64,000 nt of DNA from Narcine bancroftii (GCF_036971445.1 NC_091476.1:153822001-153886000); one strand, 5' to 3'; numbered from the stretch's first letter, positions 38,219 to 51,779 are shown. Made by a program: numbers and translations. Notes: generated by a model from the letters alone, not told the origin.

Positions 38219-38397
38219 CTAACATACCAGCATGAAGAATGAACATTCTAAAAGAAAAAAAACACTGCAAAATTTTGAAAAAAAATCAATATTGTTGTTC
38301 TTAATTATGCAAAGTTCACTTTAATCAGGTAATTCCTGTAACTGTGCCACCATCATAATTAAGCCCCCACCACTCCCCCAAGTTCACAAATAAAACC

Positions 38398-38500
38398 TTC
38401 TTCTTCTTTGGCTTGGCTTCGTGGACGAAGATTTATGGAGGGGGTAAAAGTCCACGTCAGCTGCAGGCTCGTTTGTGGCTGACAAGTCCGATGCGGGACA
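38398..38500 (-). mobile_element. Short RTE 3' end
   Basis: Same 3' sequence as the other RTE copies; aaacctt on both flanks. Confidence 0.85.
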
Positions 38501-40559
38501 GAAACCTTACTAATATACTTAATGACATACTAATAAAGATAAATACTCTTACTAAGCAGGCATAAGGAGACACTTTACAAGAGTCACCCCAACGAGGAGC
38601 AACATCAACCGGCTCTTCATCCTGGGCAGCTCCATTTTATTCAACTTTATTCAAACAGCTGCGATGAGCAAAGCATGTCCAAGGCAGTCTGCTGGCTGAA
38701 TGTTTGCTCCTCTCTTCACCAAAGGTTTATGAGTTCCTTCAGAGAGCATTTACTTCTACAATTTTAAACTTTAATTTAAATTGCTATTTATGATAATTCT
38801 ATTTATTTATTTTCTTTGGGGGGTTTTTCTGCCGGTTGTTTGAGGTTACTGGTTGCTTGAATTTTGGAAAAGGGGTTTTTACTGTACCTAAGGAAAGAGA
38901 GACAATGAAAGAGAAAATAAAGAGAGTGAGAAAGGGAGAGGAAGAGGAAAGCTAATCTCACTGCCCTGCGGTGCATTGCAATTGTGTCCCGCACCTGATC
39001 AAGTGAGTGCGATATATGCCAGAAGGCAGAACTGAACATTCTTAAGTATGATGTGAATCACATTGCCAACATTAGCAATGTCAGGACACTTTTGCCTTAC
39101 CCACACAAGGTCTAGTCACTTGCCAATAGAGAATCTGCAGCTGCACATGACTTTCCAAGACACAAAAGACAGTAGATGCTGGAATCTCAAGCAAAAATAA
39201 ATTGCTGGAAGAACTCATGGGTTCAAGCTCCAGTTCTGTGCCTTTCTGCAGACTGTTCCCTTTGCTCTTTATCCATCATCTTTTGCATCTGTTTATTACT
39301 CTCTCCCTCCCCTGTCCTGCAACCCCTTAGCTTTCTCAAACCCTTTTGGAGGCAAAAGGGTGGGTCATCATTCTGGGTCGAGATCCTGGGTCAGGGTTTA
39401 CAGTGAAAAGGGAAGAGATCCAGTCTTTGGAAGTGAGAGGAGGCTGGTAGGTGATAGGTGGAACCAGACTGGTGTTGGGGTGGGGGAGGAGTAGGGAATG
39501 ATGGGAAGAGGGAGTGACAAGAAGGTGGGAGGGAGGAGGGAGTACAAAGACAGAAGTTCGAAGGTGATAGGTGGAAACACAAGAAGAATAAAAAAATATT
39601 TTATGCCGATGAAGCTGGGTAGGGGTGGAAGGAGTTTAAGGCTGATAGATGACCACATTAGCTAGTAGGTGGAATCAGATGAGGAAAGGTCAACAACAGC
39701 AGAAGAAACCCAGGTAGATAGGTATGCAGGTGTCGGGAAGATGGAACCAGTTGGGAGAGATTGGTGAGACTAGGGAACTGGGAAGGGGGATGATTTAAAA
39801 AGGTGAACAAGGTGAGAGAGACTCTGTGTGGAATGGTAGGAGTGAGAGAAATATGGAGGGGAGGTTGAATTGTGTGATGAATTTTCATTCATTCATAGAG
39901 ATTGCAAACCTGGCCAAAAGTTAATACCTATCTCTAATTGTCTCTTAAATCAAGTGGATTGTTGGCTGTTTCTGAAGGTGGTTACAGGGCAAGTGTGTTG
40001 TTGAGTGGGCCTGGAGTCACATGTAGGTCTGATTGAATCTTTCCTTCCCTGGAAGCCAAGAAAGTGTATGTGCCATCAATAGTATAATGGATTCTTCATG
40101 GACTGGGAGGAAAGATTACACGCGAGTAGTGTCACTTGTGGGATGGAGTGCAGATTGATAAATGGCCTTTATTTTTTGTGTTCTTTTTTACAAATCATTT
40201 CTATCTATTAGTTAAGATTTATTCTGAATCTATTTTGTGGTGTTCAGAGAACACAATTCTTTTCTTTCAAAGAAATTTAGTTGTAATAGTCTGTAATTTT
40301 TTTGACTTGTGCCATAATGACTTGTTCATGTCATCTACCCATGTGAAACACTCAACATTTTCCGAACATCCAAAGCCCCACAGGCTGCATTTCATTGCAT
40401 GAGGTGAAATGCAAAGTGCTGGGGGTACTCAGCAGGTCGGGCAGCATCCATAGAAAGGAATATCCAGTTGACATTTTGGGCTGAAACCCTTCATCAAGAG
40501 TAGCAAGAGCCAGGTGAGTGTCTATATAAAACGGGGGTGGGGGAGGAGCACTGGCTAAT

Positions 40560-41478
40560 TTTCTTTCTTTGGCTTGGCTTCGCGGACGAAGATTTACGGA
40601 GGGGTATATCCAGGTCTGCTGCAGGCTCGTTGGTGACTGACAAGTCCGATGCGGGACAGGCAGGCACGGTTGCAGCGGTTGCGAGGGAAAATTGGTTGGT
40701 TGGGGTTGGGTGTTGGGTTTTTCCTCCTTTGTCTTTTGTCAGTGAGGTGGGCTCTGTGGTCTTCATCAAAGGAGGTTGCTGCCCGCTGAACTGTGAGGCG
40801 CCAAGATGCACGGTTGGAGGCAATATCAACCCACTGGTGGTGGTCAATGTGGCAGGCACCAAGAGATTTCTTTAAGCAGTCCTTGTACTTCTTCTTTGGT
40901 GCACCTCTGTCTCGGTGGCCAGTGGAGAGCTCGCCATATAACATGATCTTGGGGAGGCGATGGTCCTCCATTCTGGAGACGTGACCCACCCAGCGCAGTT
41001 GGGTCTTCAGCAGCATGGATTCGATGCTTGTGGACTCTGCCAGCTCGAGTACTTCGATGTTGGTGATGAAGTCATTCCAATGAATGTTGAGGATGGAGCG
41101 GAGACAGCGGTGATGGAAGCGCTCTAGGAGCCGTAGGTGATGCCAGTAGAGGACTCATGATTCGGAGCCGAACAGGAGCGTCGGTATGACAACAGCTCTG
41201 TATGTTTCTTCATGTGGTTGTTTTTCCAGACTCTTTTGCGTAGTCTTCCAAAGGCGCTATTTGCCTTGGTGAGTCTGTTGTCTATTTCTTTGTCGATCCT
41301 TGCATCAGATGAAATGGTGCAGCCGAGGTAGGTAAACTGGTTGACTGTTTTGAGTTCTGTGTGCCCGATGGAGATGTGGGGTAGGGGGGGGCTGATAGTC
41401 ATGATGGGGAGCTGGCTGATGGAGGACCTCAATTTTCTTCAGGCTGACTTCCAGGCCAAACATTTTGGCAGTTTCGTG
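40560..41478 (-). mobile_element. 5'-truncated RTE LINE
   Basis: Peptides VNQFTYLGCTIS...SAFGRL and QLRWVGHVSRMEDHRLPK...HQRAC. Confidence 0.9.
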
Positions 41479-41629
41479 AACACAGAAAGAGTAAAGAAGT
41501 GGTGGGGGAAGGGACAGAGGGCTGTTAAAGACACACTCTGATAAGAGGAAGGAAGGGAACGGGGGAGTTGGAGGAAGGTGGGTGTAGGTGATTTAATGTG
41601 GATATAAGGCAGTGGAATGGAGATTCTTT

Positions 41630-41845
41630 TTAGTTTTATAGATACAACATAGTAACAGGCCCTTCTGGCCCAAGAGCTCATGCTACCTAAATGCATCCCA
41701 CGAATCCTGTACTTCTTTGGAATGTGCGAGGAAACTGGCGCAGCAGGAGGAAACCCAAAAGGACCCAGGGAGAACTTATAACCTCCACACAGACAGCAGA
41801 GGATTTGAACCTGGGTTGCTGACACCGTAACAGCTACATTAACCG
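41630..41845 (-). mobile_element. V-SINE copy
   Basis: Reverse complement of the SINE text at 379-625. Confidence 0.7.
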
Positions 41846-41902
41846 CGAAGTGGCAGGAGAATTATGCAGAGCACGAGTGAAAGAGAAGGTTGCAGGGAAA
41901 TA

Positions 41903-42194
41903 CAGTGAAACCTCATTAGAACGTGATTTGTTAATCCACGGAATCGTTTATAGCGTGGGTGTCCAAACTTTGCAAATAAGTTGATTAAAATTCAGAATAC
42001 CAATATTAAAAGAATGTGCTAGTTTTCTTTCAGTTAAATTGTTAGTTATAAGTAGCGCATCCTTCGAAAACTGGCAATATTTCGGTTTGATTATCCGTGG
42101 GCACCCTGACGTATATGCATTTGTTCTGCGACTCAGCTGTAACGCGGTATGAAATCTTGGACTCAAACTACTGCGTTCTAATAAAGTTTTACTG
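41903..42194. mobile_element. Tc1/mariner (Tigger-like) MITE
   Basis: ta|cagtgaaacctcattagaacg ... cgttctaataaagttttactg|ta: about 21-bp imperfect TIR, TA TSD. Confidence 0.82.
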
Positions 42195-43230
42195 TAAATA
42201 AATGGAGAAGTTTAAGGTTCACTTTTGATGTCACGTAATAATACATTAAAAAATGTAGCATACAAGATATACTAAATTTTGCTTATTGTAAGACAGACAA
42301 AGAGGCATTGAGTGACCATGGATTCTCCTCCAACACTCCAACAGCCTCTGTAGCTGCACAGACTCCTGTCTGAATCATTGACACTGCAAACTCCAGATCC
42401 AAAACTCCGACACAACCAGGAAGCCTTCTGCACCCGAAGCGATTCAGGAGCTCTTCTTGCCCCTCTCAAATCCAGACTCCAATACCTGGATCTCTTCAGC
42501 CAGTATCCACCAGCCCTGTTGGATTGCTGTGGGGGCTGCAATAATCTGAGTGGGCTGAATGGCATCTTGTGTTGGACATAATTATATCAGTTGTCTTAAT
42601 TTTGCAAATGGGCCAAAATATTGCTGTTAACCTCTACAAACCCTGTGACTGGTAATTCCATTGGATGTACGTATGGCTAATGTGAATTGGAAGGCTAAAT
42701 GAGATCATTTGTTCTTTTGAGAAATTGTAACATCAATTGATAAAGTTAATTGTGAACTGTTCACTTGAGAGCAAGGCTTGATGCTTTTGTATGGAGGCTT
42801 CATGCTTCTACACTCCAACCTTGCCCCACCCGCACACTTCTGACACAAGCCCATACCATTTATAACCAATGTTGATGGAGATTTGTGCATCTACTTGCTT
42901 CTCATTGTCAGTGGCTGATTTTTTCAGTTCATGAAATTGTGGCCAGTTACTTGGCACAAAATGAAGGGAACTGTATATGTGATAGATTCACTATGTGCTA
43001 CCAACAGGAGATTGCTGGGAGTGCAATTCCTCTGCCAGGGTCTTTCACTCACAGCATGGCTTCATTTGTTTACATAAAGTGGCTTTAATGCCTTGTCTGA
43101 TGCTGTAATGTCATAGACCAGCAGCAATAGAAATTCACCAAGACAATGGTATCTTCAAAACAATATTTTTTATTAATAACTATTAATAATATAAAATCTT
43201 ATATCTAAACTTAACCCCAAATATACACAA

Positions 43231-43231
<1 letters not shown>

Positions 43232-43269
<38 letters not shown>
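43232..43269. repeat. (TG)n microsatellite
   Basis: Direct reading. Confidence 0.95.
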
Positions 43270-43272
<3 letters not shown>

Positions 43273-44110
43273 TACCCAAACCTTTACAGATTAGTCACAA
43301 TTCTGAAAAATCAATTTCAAAGATCAGTCTTAGAAATCTTGTGTTGAAACTCAAAATCTTTAAACTGATGTTCAGAAGTAATTATGAAGTAGCTGAGACA
43401 CCATGTCATCAGACTTCTTAAAACCCACAAATTCTTGTTTAGTTGTTTTCAGAGAAATGTTCCTTCATATGAATGATTTGTCACAGTTCCCCTCATTCTT
43501 GCATAAGGGTTACAAGACGTGACTCCCAGGCAAAGATCAGATGAAATAACCATCAAAATGGTCATGATCCAAATACAAGAATGATCTTGCTTTCTTTACC
43601 CAGATATAGGTCAGTCAAAAGTGACCATTACAATGGCCATGGTATCACTGCTCTCTCTTGACAAGGAGAAGCAGCAGAAATGATCACCTTTCCCAAAGTC
43701 ACTTTAATTCTGTCTTCAGATGACTCTTGTTGATGATACTAAAGGCTGATTTTTGAAGTGTCTTAATCACATGACTTGCTCCATCAATACTGGTTTTTAG
43801 TTCAGTTTCCCAAAAACATGAGTCAAATGGCAGATGGCCTACTGTTTGAACAGGTATCTCTTTGGGTAAACATTCATTGTTTCAGGTTTTCAATTGAGAA
43901 CAAAAAAACTGGTTTTATGGTTTTGATCAGAGATTATTTATTTTATATAAATAATAAGGTGGAAAGTGCTGCATATAAATTCAAGGACACAGTGAAATTC
44001 ATTTCAGTCTTCTGTCATGAATGTAAAATAAGCAATAATGAGTCAACAATTGTTTATACACCTCTTCTGATCTTTTTGAGTAGGAATAAATATAATGTCA
44101 TATTGTGTGG

Positions 44111-44200
<90 letters not shown>
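44111..44200. repeat. Compound (CT)n(AT)n microsatellite
   Basis: Direct reading. Confidence 0.95.
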
Positions 44201-44319
44201 CACAAACTCATTCGCAATGTTCCCACACTGCAACATTGCACAATTGCACACATTATTTACATATAAAGATATAAAATATATATATATTATAAAATTATGT
44301 ATGTGTATTATAACGAACT

Positions 44320-44758
44320 TTTCTTTCTTTCTTTCTTTGGCTTGGCTTCGCGGACGAAGATTTATGGAGGGGGTAAAAGTCCACGTCAGCTGCAGGCTCG
44401 TTTGTGGCTGACAAGTCCGATGCGGGACAGGCAGACACGGTTGCAGCGGCTGCAGGGGAAAATTGGTGGGTTGGGGTTGGGTGTTGGGTTTTTCCTCCTT
44501 TGCCTTTTGTCAGTGAGGTGGGCTCTGCGGTCTTCTTCAAAGGAGGTTGCTGCCCACCGAACTGTGAGGCGCCAAGATGCACGGTTTGAGGCGATATCAG
44601 CCCACTGGCGGTGGTCAATGTGGCAGGCACCAAGAGATTTCTTTAGGCAGTCCTTGTACCTTTTCTTTGGTGCACCTCTGTCACGGTGGCCAGTGGAGAG
44701 CTTGCCATGTAACACGATCTTGGGAAGGCGATGGTCCTCCATTCTGGAGACGTGACCC
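44320..44758 (-). mobile_element. 5'-truncated RTE LINE
   Basis: ORF 44386-44799 contains GHVSRMEDHRLPK...HKRACS; (gaaa)n tail. Confidence 0.9.
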
Positions 44759-45401
44759 GAACTCAAGGATAATATAGACAGGAGGAACTGAATGGTCACA
44801 GTTACTCAACATTTCACACAAGCTCAAGACGAGTCACAGCCCAGCGATAATTCAATACATTGGAAGAACTAAGGGAAGGTTGTTCTGTTCCAGAATTTGA
44901 TAAATTTGCAAAGACACGGTGATTTTGTGAAGGGAGAACCATTCTGGCTGCTGAAGAGAAAGCAACTTTTTGAAGCAGCTCTTGTGGCCAGCCATTTTGT
45001 GGAATTCAGAGCAAAGCCTGCTCTGTGAATGACTGGGCCTTTTCAGTGGATTGACCTGTGCCAAGAGGGGTTTTTTTGGGAAGCAAAATGCTTCATTTTG
45101 ATTGTTACTACAGTGAAGGTCACTTGGAGAGAATGCTTCATTTTAAGTATGACTAGCAGTGAAGTTACTTGGAGAGATCAATGTCAGGGTTTTGGAAGCT
45201 TCCCCCCAGTACAAGTCTTGCCTACAGAAGGACAAGGAATGTTTGTTTTAAAATTAAACGCTGCCTGGTTCATTGTCTATTTCTGCTCGTTATGTGCAGT
45301 TCATAACAGTATGTTACAAATATTACACATTTTAGTAAGTATAAAATACTTTTATTTATTAGATATAAATACTGTGTCCCATTAGTGTCAAGGAATATTA
45401 A

Positions 45402-46170
45402 CTCTGGACAAAATATTTTTTCAAAAGGTTTGCTTCCTTAAAAAAATAGGGATTATGATAACGTCACACTGAACACAAAGATAATTTCAGATTTGCTGTA
45501 TCATGTAGGAAGTTGGAGAAGCATAAAATTAACTTTGATTGAATATAGCATATTTCATCACTTTGTGATGCTGACCCATTGCATTAGTTCAACTGACCTA
45601 AAAATGTTTTGCCACTGATTTTTGTTTTTACATAGCATCTGATGCCTCTTGTGTCAGAGTCCAACAATAGTCAGCCAGGATTGATGGATTCCAGTTGCCC
45701 TGATACTGCTTTTCCATGTCCTGGTGAAACCTAACCATTTTTGTCATTGACTGCACCAAGATCAGCAGGGAAGACGTCCAAGAGTGAGTGCAGAAAATGA
45801 ATTTTCAATGACATTGCACTTCATGGTTTTGGATTCTTGATACATGTTGTCAGTCAGCTGCTCTGTAGTTGCCAGGAAAATTCTCAACAACATCTTTAAG
45901 TGCCTGACTAAGTATGCCCAGGCATAAGGTAACATTTGCGTAGAACCTGCACTGAATGCACACCCAGCCATATTTGGACTGAACAAAAGAGCTTGCTTTG
46001 TGGACAATACACTAGTAGACTTAAAATATGACAGGAAATTTAAAAAAAAGGTTATATCTAAAAAATAGTACGTGATAGGAAATTTTAAAGGTGATTTTCA
46101 TGACCAACAGCCCAAAACCCATAAAATGCACCCAAAAGTGTTAAGGAAGCAAAATCTTTGTTGTCCAGTG
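45402..46170 (-). mobile_element. Internally deleted CMC/Chapaev-3-like DNA transposon, copy 2
   Basis: Termini ctctggacaa / ttgttgtccagtg (CAC-type); flanks taa/caa; minus remnant SLKIHFLHSLLDVFPADLGAVND...RFHQD...QGNWNPSILADYCWTL; colinear with 24203-24983. Confidence 0.8.
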
Positions 46171-46764
46171 CAATCAGGGAAAATATAAATGTGGCAGAAG
46201 GACAGAAAACATTGCAAACACTCAGGAGGTTAGGCAGCAGAGGTGAAAGGCGAACTGAGTTAACGTGTCACTTTGAAGACCTTCTTCAATTGCTCACTTG
46301 AATGTTTCCAGCAATTTAATGGGACGGGGAATTGGTGCTGAGGTGAAATGTGGACTCACTCCCTTGTTGCTTTGGTTAGACAAAAACTTAATGAAGGTGG
46401 AGTTAAGGAGGGAAAGCCAGTGTCACTTTTTATGTTATTTCTTTCTTGCTAAATTTACAATAAGATGCACTCTAGTGTGACTGGCAGGGCAAGATGACAT
46501 GCTGTCTATCATTACTTATACTCCTGATTTGAGTCATAACCCCTCGATCTTTATCTTCATGAGATTGAAGTTCAATCTCAATGCATAATGTCATCTACAG
46601 TCTTTTGTGATGACCTTCTGGATATTCTTGTCCTAGAATTAAGCTGTCTCGATCACCTCCCTTATCCTCATCCCATCCAGGAGGTTTCTGCTCAGAAGGC
46701 TCTATCACTAATTCTCTCAAACACTACCTTTCTCTCACATGTGCAGTATATATTTTTGTCTATC

Positions 46765-46767
<3 letters not shown>

Positions 46768-46829
<62 letters not shown>

Positions 46830-46841
46830 TCTCTCTCTCTC
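46768..46841. repeat. (CT)n microsatellite
   Basis: Direct reading. Confidence 0.95.
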
Positions 46842-47074
46842 AGTTTAAAAGAGGGTGGTACTGAGACTAAGGCATATATACAAGAAGCTATGATAGAAAT
46901 CCATTTTTCCTATGTATTTTGAGAGCTGCATTGATTGAGCTCTGTAACTGGAGGTTTACACCTTGTGCACTTCCTTGAAACCGAGAGTGTTGGATTACAC
47001 AATATAGAAGAAAATATGTTGGGTAACTAATGTATTTATTCTCTGACCTGGGCATGTTTTACCTTTCAAATTTT

Positions 47075-47270
47075 ACATTTTAGAAATACAGCACGGTAAC
47101 AGGCCCCTCCGGCCAATTACACCCAATTAACCTTCAAACTCCATATGCCTTGGAGAGTGTGAAGAAACCAGAGCACCTGGAGGAAACACACACAGACATG
47201 GGGAGAACATACAAGCTCCTTTTAGACAGTGCCAAATTCAAACGCGGGTTGCTGCTGAACGCTAATGCCA
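47075..47270 (-). mobile_element. V-SINE copy
   Basis: Reverse complement of the SINE text. Confidence 0.7.
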
Positions 47271-48106
47271 ACCTTCCCATTCTCTAAGTACTTGTTTGGA
47301 AGGTAGAGAAACAACCTTATTCTGAATCTAACCTATGCCTTGAACCTACCCTGTGAATTCTTGCTGAGAAAATATACAAGAAATTGAAACGGTACTGGAC
47401 ATTTGCTGTATCTGTCCTTGGAATATTGAATGAGCGTGTGGTGTAAATTTTGCTCTTAATCTTTTCTGAGCTGAAATTTCACCTGAATCTGTTCAGTGAT
47501 GGTTCTGGAAAATGGAAGCTTCTCAATTGCCCAGAATTCTTTGTAAATTGGTATGTTTATTCTTTTAAATTTTAAGCCAATTTTCCAGTTTCTTTTCCTT
47601 AATACATAAGTGTAGGTTTTGAACATTCCTCATCCAATTAGGCTGAATGCAAGAAATTACTAGATAATGGAGATTTCCTGATACCTGCTTCAGAGCTCTT
47701 GGGTTGGCAAGGGATCCCTTGTTGACCATTATCAATGACATGCTTTGGAAGGCCTTCATGTTTGCTTGTGCCTGGTTGTACTACCCTGGCCAGAGATGGC
47801 TAATCTGTGGCAGATTTTCTGGGGTTCACATGTGAGGTGTAATGGTACACAGGTAAGCAGCAATCACAAAGTCCTCAGGAAGCTTTGAATGTGCTGGAAT
47901 ATGGAGTGAGTGGTAAGAGAGGAGAACTGGAGCAAGAAACTGAGCAGATCAAGCAATGGTGAATGAAATAATCTTCATTGAAGGATTTCTAGCTTGTGTG
48001 TGAGGCCAATCACAGCTCCCCTCTACCCTATCTTGCACTCACATGTACAAGAGTGCAGGAGCCAGGGCATGGTGCTGCTCCCCAGTTATGAAATAATTCC
48101 AGGTAC

Positions 48107-49761
48107 TGTAGCGGGTTGTGAGCGAACACAACAAAAAGCCTTTAAGCCCGTATCTGGTCCTGCCCCCTGCGTTTCAGCACTTGCGTCACAGTCATGGAAG
48201 AGACGATCCCATGACGGCGTCTTTGCCGCAGCTGCCCCACTGACCACATGTGACAAGCAGGGCCAGTTCACAGCTACAAGCGTGTGCTGCACAATCCCAC
48301 CCCACACCCCCCACCCCCCCCCCCCAGAACTGGCACCGACGGTCTTGCGATGCATCGATGGTGAGGTGTGCTGTTTCGATGGCCGACCTCTACGTACCAG
48401 TGGGGAGACCTGTACTGGTTTTGACTGTACTGACAATAACTACAAAAGCAGTACGAGTATAAGACAGCTTTAATAAACTAATATGTACACTAAGAGGTCT
48501 TGTTTCTCCACAAGACAAACCTGGAAGGCTAGACTGTAGCTCTGGACTGCTTTATAGACAAGGTCAGCGGGATGACCCCTAGTGATCTAGTGGTATAATT
48601 ACATATCACCACAGGGACAAGTCCAGATGGGCTGGTTTCAAACAGTCCAGTGTGAATAACTCTTCCTTGCCCCCAATGTCAAGAGTAAACGTGGATGCGT
48701 TTCTTTGTAGAACCTTGTAGGGTCCTTCATAAGGTCACTGAAGGGGAGTCCTGTGCACGAATATATACTCATAGGAGGACAAGCCTGGTGGAGTATGACA
48801 CTTATTTCTGCCCCCGTGTCCACGAGGAACCTGCAGCCTGTCCCAGACTTGAAGAAGTCTGTTTGGCCGGCCAGCCACTGCAGCCATCAACGTTGGCTGG
48901 TCCCATCGTTTCCTGGGAACGAGCATAGCTGGCGCCACCTGCATGCTGATGCACCCCAACGCTGATAGTAGAAGCATTATTTGGGATCGGCCTTTCTGCT
49001 CTCTGGTGGGATGGGGCCTTCATTCATGGTGGACTGGACTTGGGCATTGTCCTTGGTGTGGCGGCCGTGTAATGCAGTTGTTTGAGTCTATGGTTTCATT
49101 TTTGGAATGGTAGAAAATGTCCACTTGCGCCGCATCCTTGCGCAGGTCGCTGAAATCCATGTCGACCAACGGGAGACTCATGTCTTCGGGTATCTGCTTG
49201 AGGAACGCCTGCTCAAACATGAGGTAGAGCTTGTGACCTTCTGCCAGTGTGAGCATCTTGTCCATGAGGGCAGAGGGAGTCCTATCGCCTAGGCCATCCA
49301 AAGGAAGATTTTAAAAGCCATGTATTTACCTTCCTCTGGTGGTGCCTGAGGCGGCTTGCTGGTCGAGCGAGCTGACGACTTAGAAGTATCTTGTCGAATC
49401 AGAGGTTATCTATTTGATCTGGAACTGGGCCTCCACTTGGCCAAACCAAATGCAGGCCTGTTCATCCAGAATGTTGGCAGCTTCAATGCAACAGCTGAAG
49501 ATTTCATTGTGTTGAGTCTCTTGGGGGTCACCAATGTAGCGGATTATGAGCAAGCGTAGCAAAAAGACTGAGACAACACGCTGAGAGCTTGATTATCACA
49601 ACTGCTTTAATTTGAATTCCGCACTGCAGCCTTTAACCCCATCTCTGGTCCCACCCCCTGGACTGGAAGAGATGATCCCATGACCATCTTTGCTATAGTT
49701 GCCCGGCTGACCGTGCGTGACCAGTGTGGCCGGTTTGCCGCCAAAAACGTGTGTCGCCACA
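48107..49761 (-). mobile_element. Internally deleted Gypsy LTR retrotransposon (two LTRs, gag and protease remnants, nested solo LTR at about 48362-48613)
   Basis: LTRs 49535-49761 (5') and 48107-48293 (3'), both tgtagcgg...caca; PBS tggtgacccc next to the 5' LTR; G-rich PPT at about 48295-48325; gag AVALKLPTFW and DGLGDRTPSALMDKML; protease VDTGAEISVI; flanks gtac/gtat. Confidence 0.85.
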
Positions 49762-50890
49762 GTATCATAATTTGAAGTTGGCGTTATGTCAAAGAGTTTA
49801 CAGCAGCCTTGCTACTAAAATGGGTCCAAGGCCTTGTCAATAAATATAGAACATTTAAAGGATGTATTAAGGGGAAAACTGAAGACACACATAAGTTAAG
49901 CGTGAAAGCATGAAATGGAGCATGGCAGCTTGTATGGTGAATAAACATTGTGGTGTACTTGTATTTGATTTCTGTACTGTGTAAAGCTTTCATAAGGGCG
50001 AGGTTAAGCACCGGAGTGATAGAGGAAAGCGGTTAGTCAACTCCAGTTGTGAGAGAACCCTGAAAAGCAATTGTATCTTAAGACCTGAATGATGAGCTTG
50101 AAAACAGGCCCTGCTGACACAGCCAGCACACTTCGCTCAACCTCTCCTGTGAGCTGTCTGTTCTGGTGTGTCCCCAACCTCCTCTCTCTATGAAGACAGT
50201 GACTTTGATCAACTTGAGGGATGCTCAGCCTTGCTCTTGCTCCCTATCAGCTGCTATCTATGTGAGCACAGTTTTCTGCCTCCCCCATTTCCCCCTCCCC
50301 ACTTCCATTGTTCTCAGGATGTGAGAGGATGAGGTTATCGGTGACCCCGTTTGTTGTGGTGCCTTTCATCATTTTTAGCCTGTTCCTTCACAAACAGGAA
50401 ATAGGGTTAATTAGGTGGGAGCTGAGGTGCTTTTGTAACAATTCGGATTCATTTTCAACTCTGCTTAAAATTCCAAGCACTGGATGAACCTCAGAGTGCA
50501 GAAAGGAAGCTGGTCACAGCCAGAGTGGCAAACAGGAATGCAACTGAGTTCAATTCAACGAGCACCGCATCTGGAGCAAACAGAAAGAACAGAATAGCAA
50601 AAGCACTAATGCATACTGGAGTAGTTTAACGGGTGCTTATTTGCACTATGGTACAGGTCAAGAAACACTGCCTGTCACTGAGATACAGTTCCATTCGACT
50701 GACTCACTCTGGGGTACAGCTGCATGGGCACAAATGTGTGTGTGGGTGGGGGGGATGGGAGTGTGGGGCAGGAGAGTTCCAGGGGGACTGACTTAATTGA
50801 GGGGAAACTCAAAAACTGCTTATGCTGGAATCTTCAGTGAACTAAGAGAGGCCAGATGGACTCAGCAGGACCCAAAATGTTGACTGACCA

Positions 50891-51305
50891 TGTGGTGTGC
50901 TATTGAACAGAAGCAAACACACAAAATATAAATGTATTGACAATAACCACACCAGCAGTGCGAGTATAAGACAGCTTTAATAAACTAATATGTACACTAA
51001 GAGGTCTTGTCTCTGTAGCTCTGGTCTGCTTTAGACTGAACCCTGGTGACCTAGTTGTGTAATTACATATCTACAGGCTTTATTCAACATAAAATTCCAA
51101 AGAGCTGGCTGTGAGGAATGCTGTTGCAAGTTCTGAGACTGTCTTTGAAGGGCCGGATCTGGCTTATATCCCAGAGGGTGATTGACAGCTGACTGGGTGG
51201 GGCTTGGTCCATTCAGGTCAGCTGATTGTTCCCCCCCCCCCCCCCCGTGCTCTTCTGCAGGTTCAGAGGTCGCCCCCTGCAGTAGGCTGGTGGTATACCA
51301 CCACA
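50891..51305 (-). mobile_element. Composite solo-LTR unit inserted in a Penelope-type fragment
   Basis: tgtggtg...caccaca termini; 5-bp TSD gacca at 50886-50890 and 51306-51310; 50891-51075 matches the nested LTR at 48362-48613. Confidence 0.7.
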
Positions 51306-51779
51306 GACCAATTCTTCTCCATGGATGCTGCCTGACTCCTTGAGTCTTTCCAGCTTCTCTTAAATGAGGGAAGATTGTGTAGGTATTGATGATTTGCTGG
51401 TACAGTTTCACAGGCCTCAGCTCTCACGAGGATGACTGACATCAAGGGCCTACAGTTCTACAGACACTGATGTTCATTGTAGTATGGGTCTATGACTGAC
51501 ATTGGATCAGAGTTCCACAGGTGATGATTCTTACAGGGATTTGCTCTAAAGGCACAAAGCTTTTACAGGGACATAATTCCATTTCATGCATTGTACACAT
51601 TGAAATACAGTTCTTTACTGGAGAACAGGGCATTGACTCTTAATGAGGTACAATTCCACAAGCAAAACATTTCACTTTGATGGAGTTCTCTGAAACACAA
51701 AGAGACAGCTCTTCTGGCAATGTGTCTACAAGGCTGCAACTACTCCCACAGGTAACGTCTCTCTCACTGTTGGTCATAG

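Noticed and set aside
37107-38232. LTR-like element hosting the RTE at 37732
   Set aside because: TG...CA-like termini and a minus-strand AATAAA are present but no matching TSD, so boundaries cannot be supported.
43776-44411. 211-aa plus-strand ORF
   Set aside because: Runs through a (CT)n microsatellite into antisense RTE; no recognisable protein.
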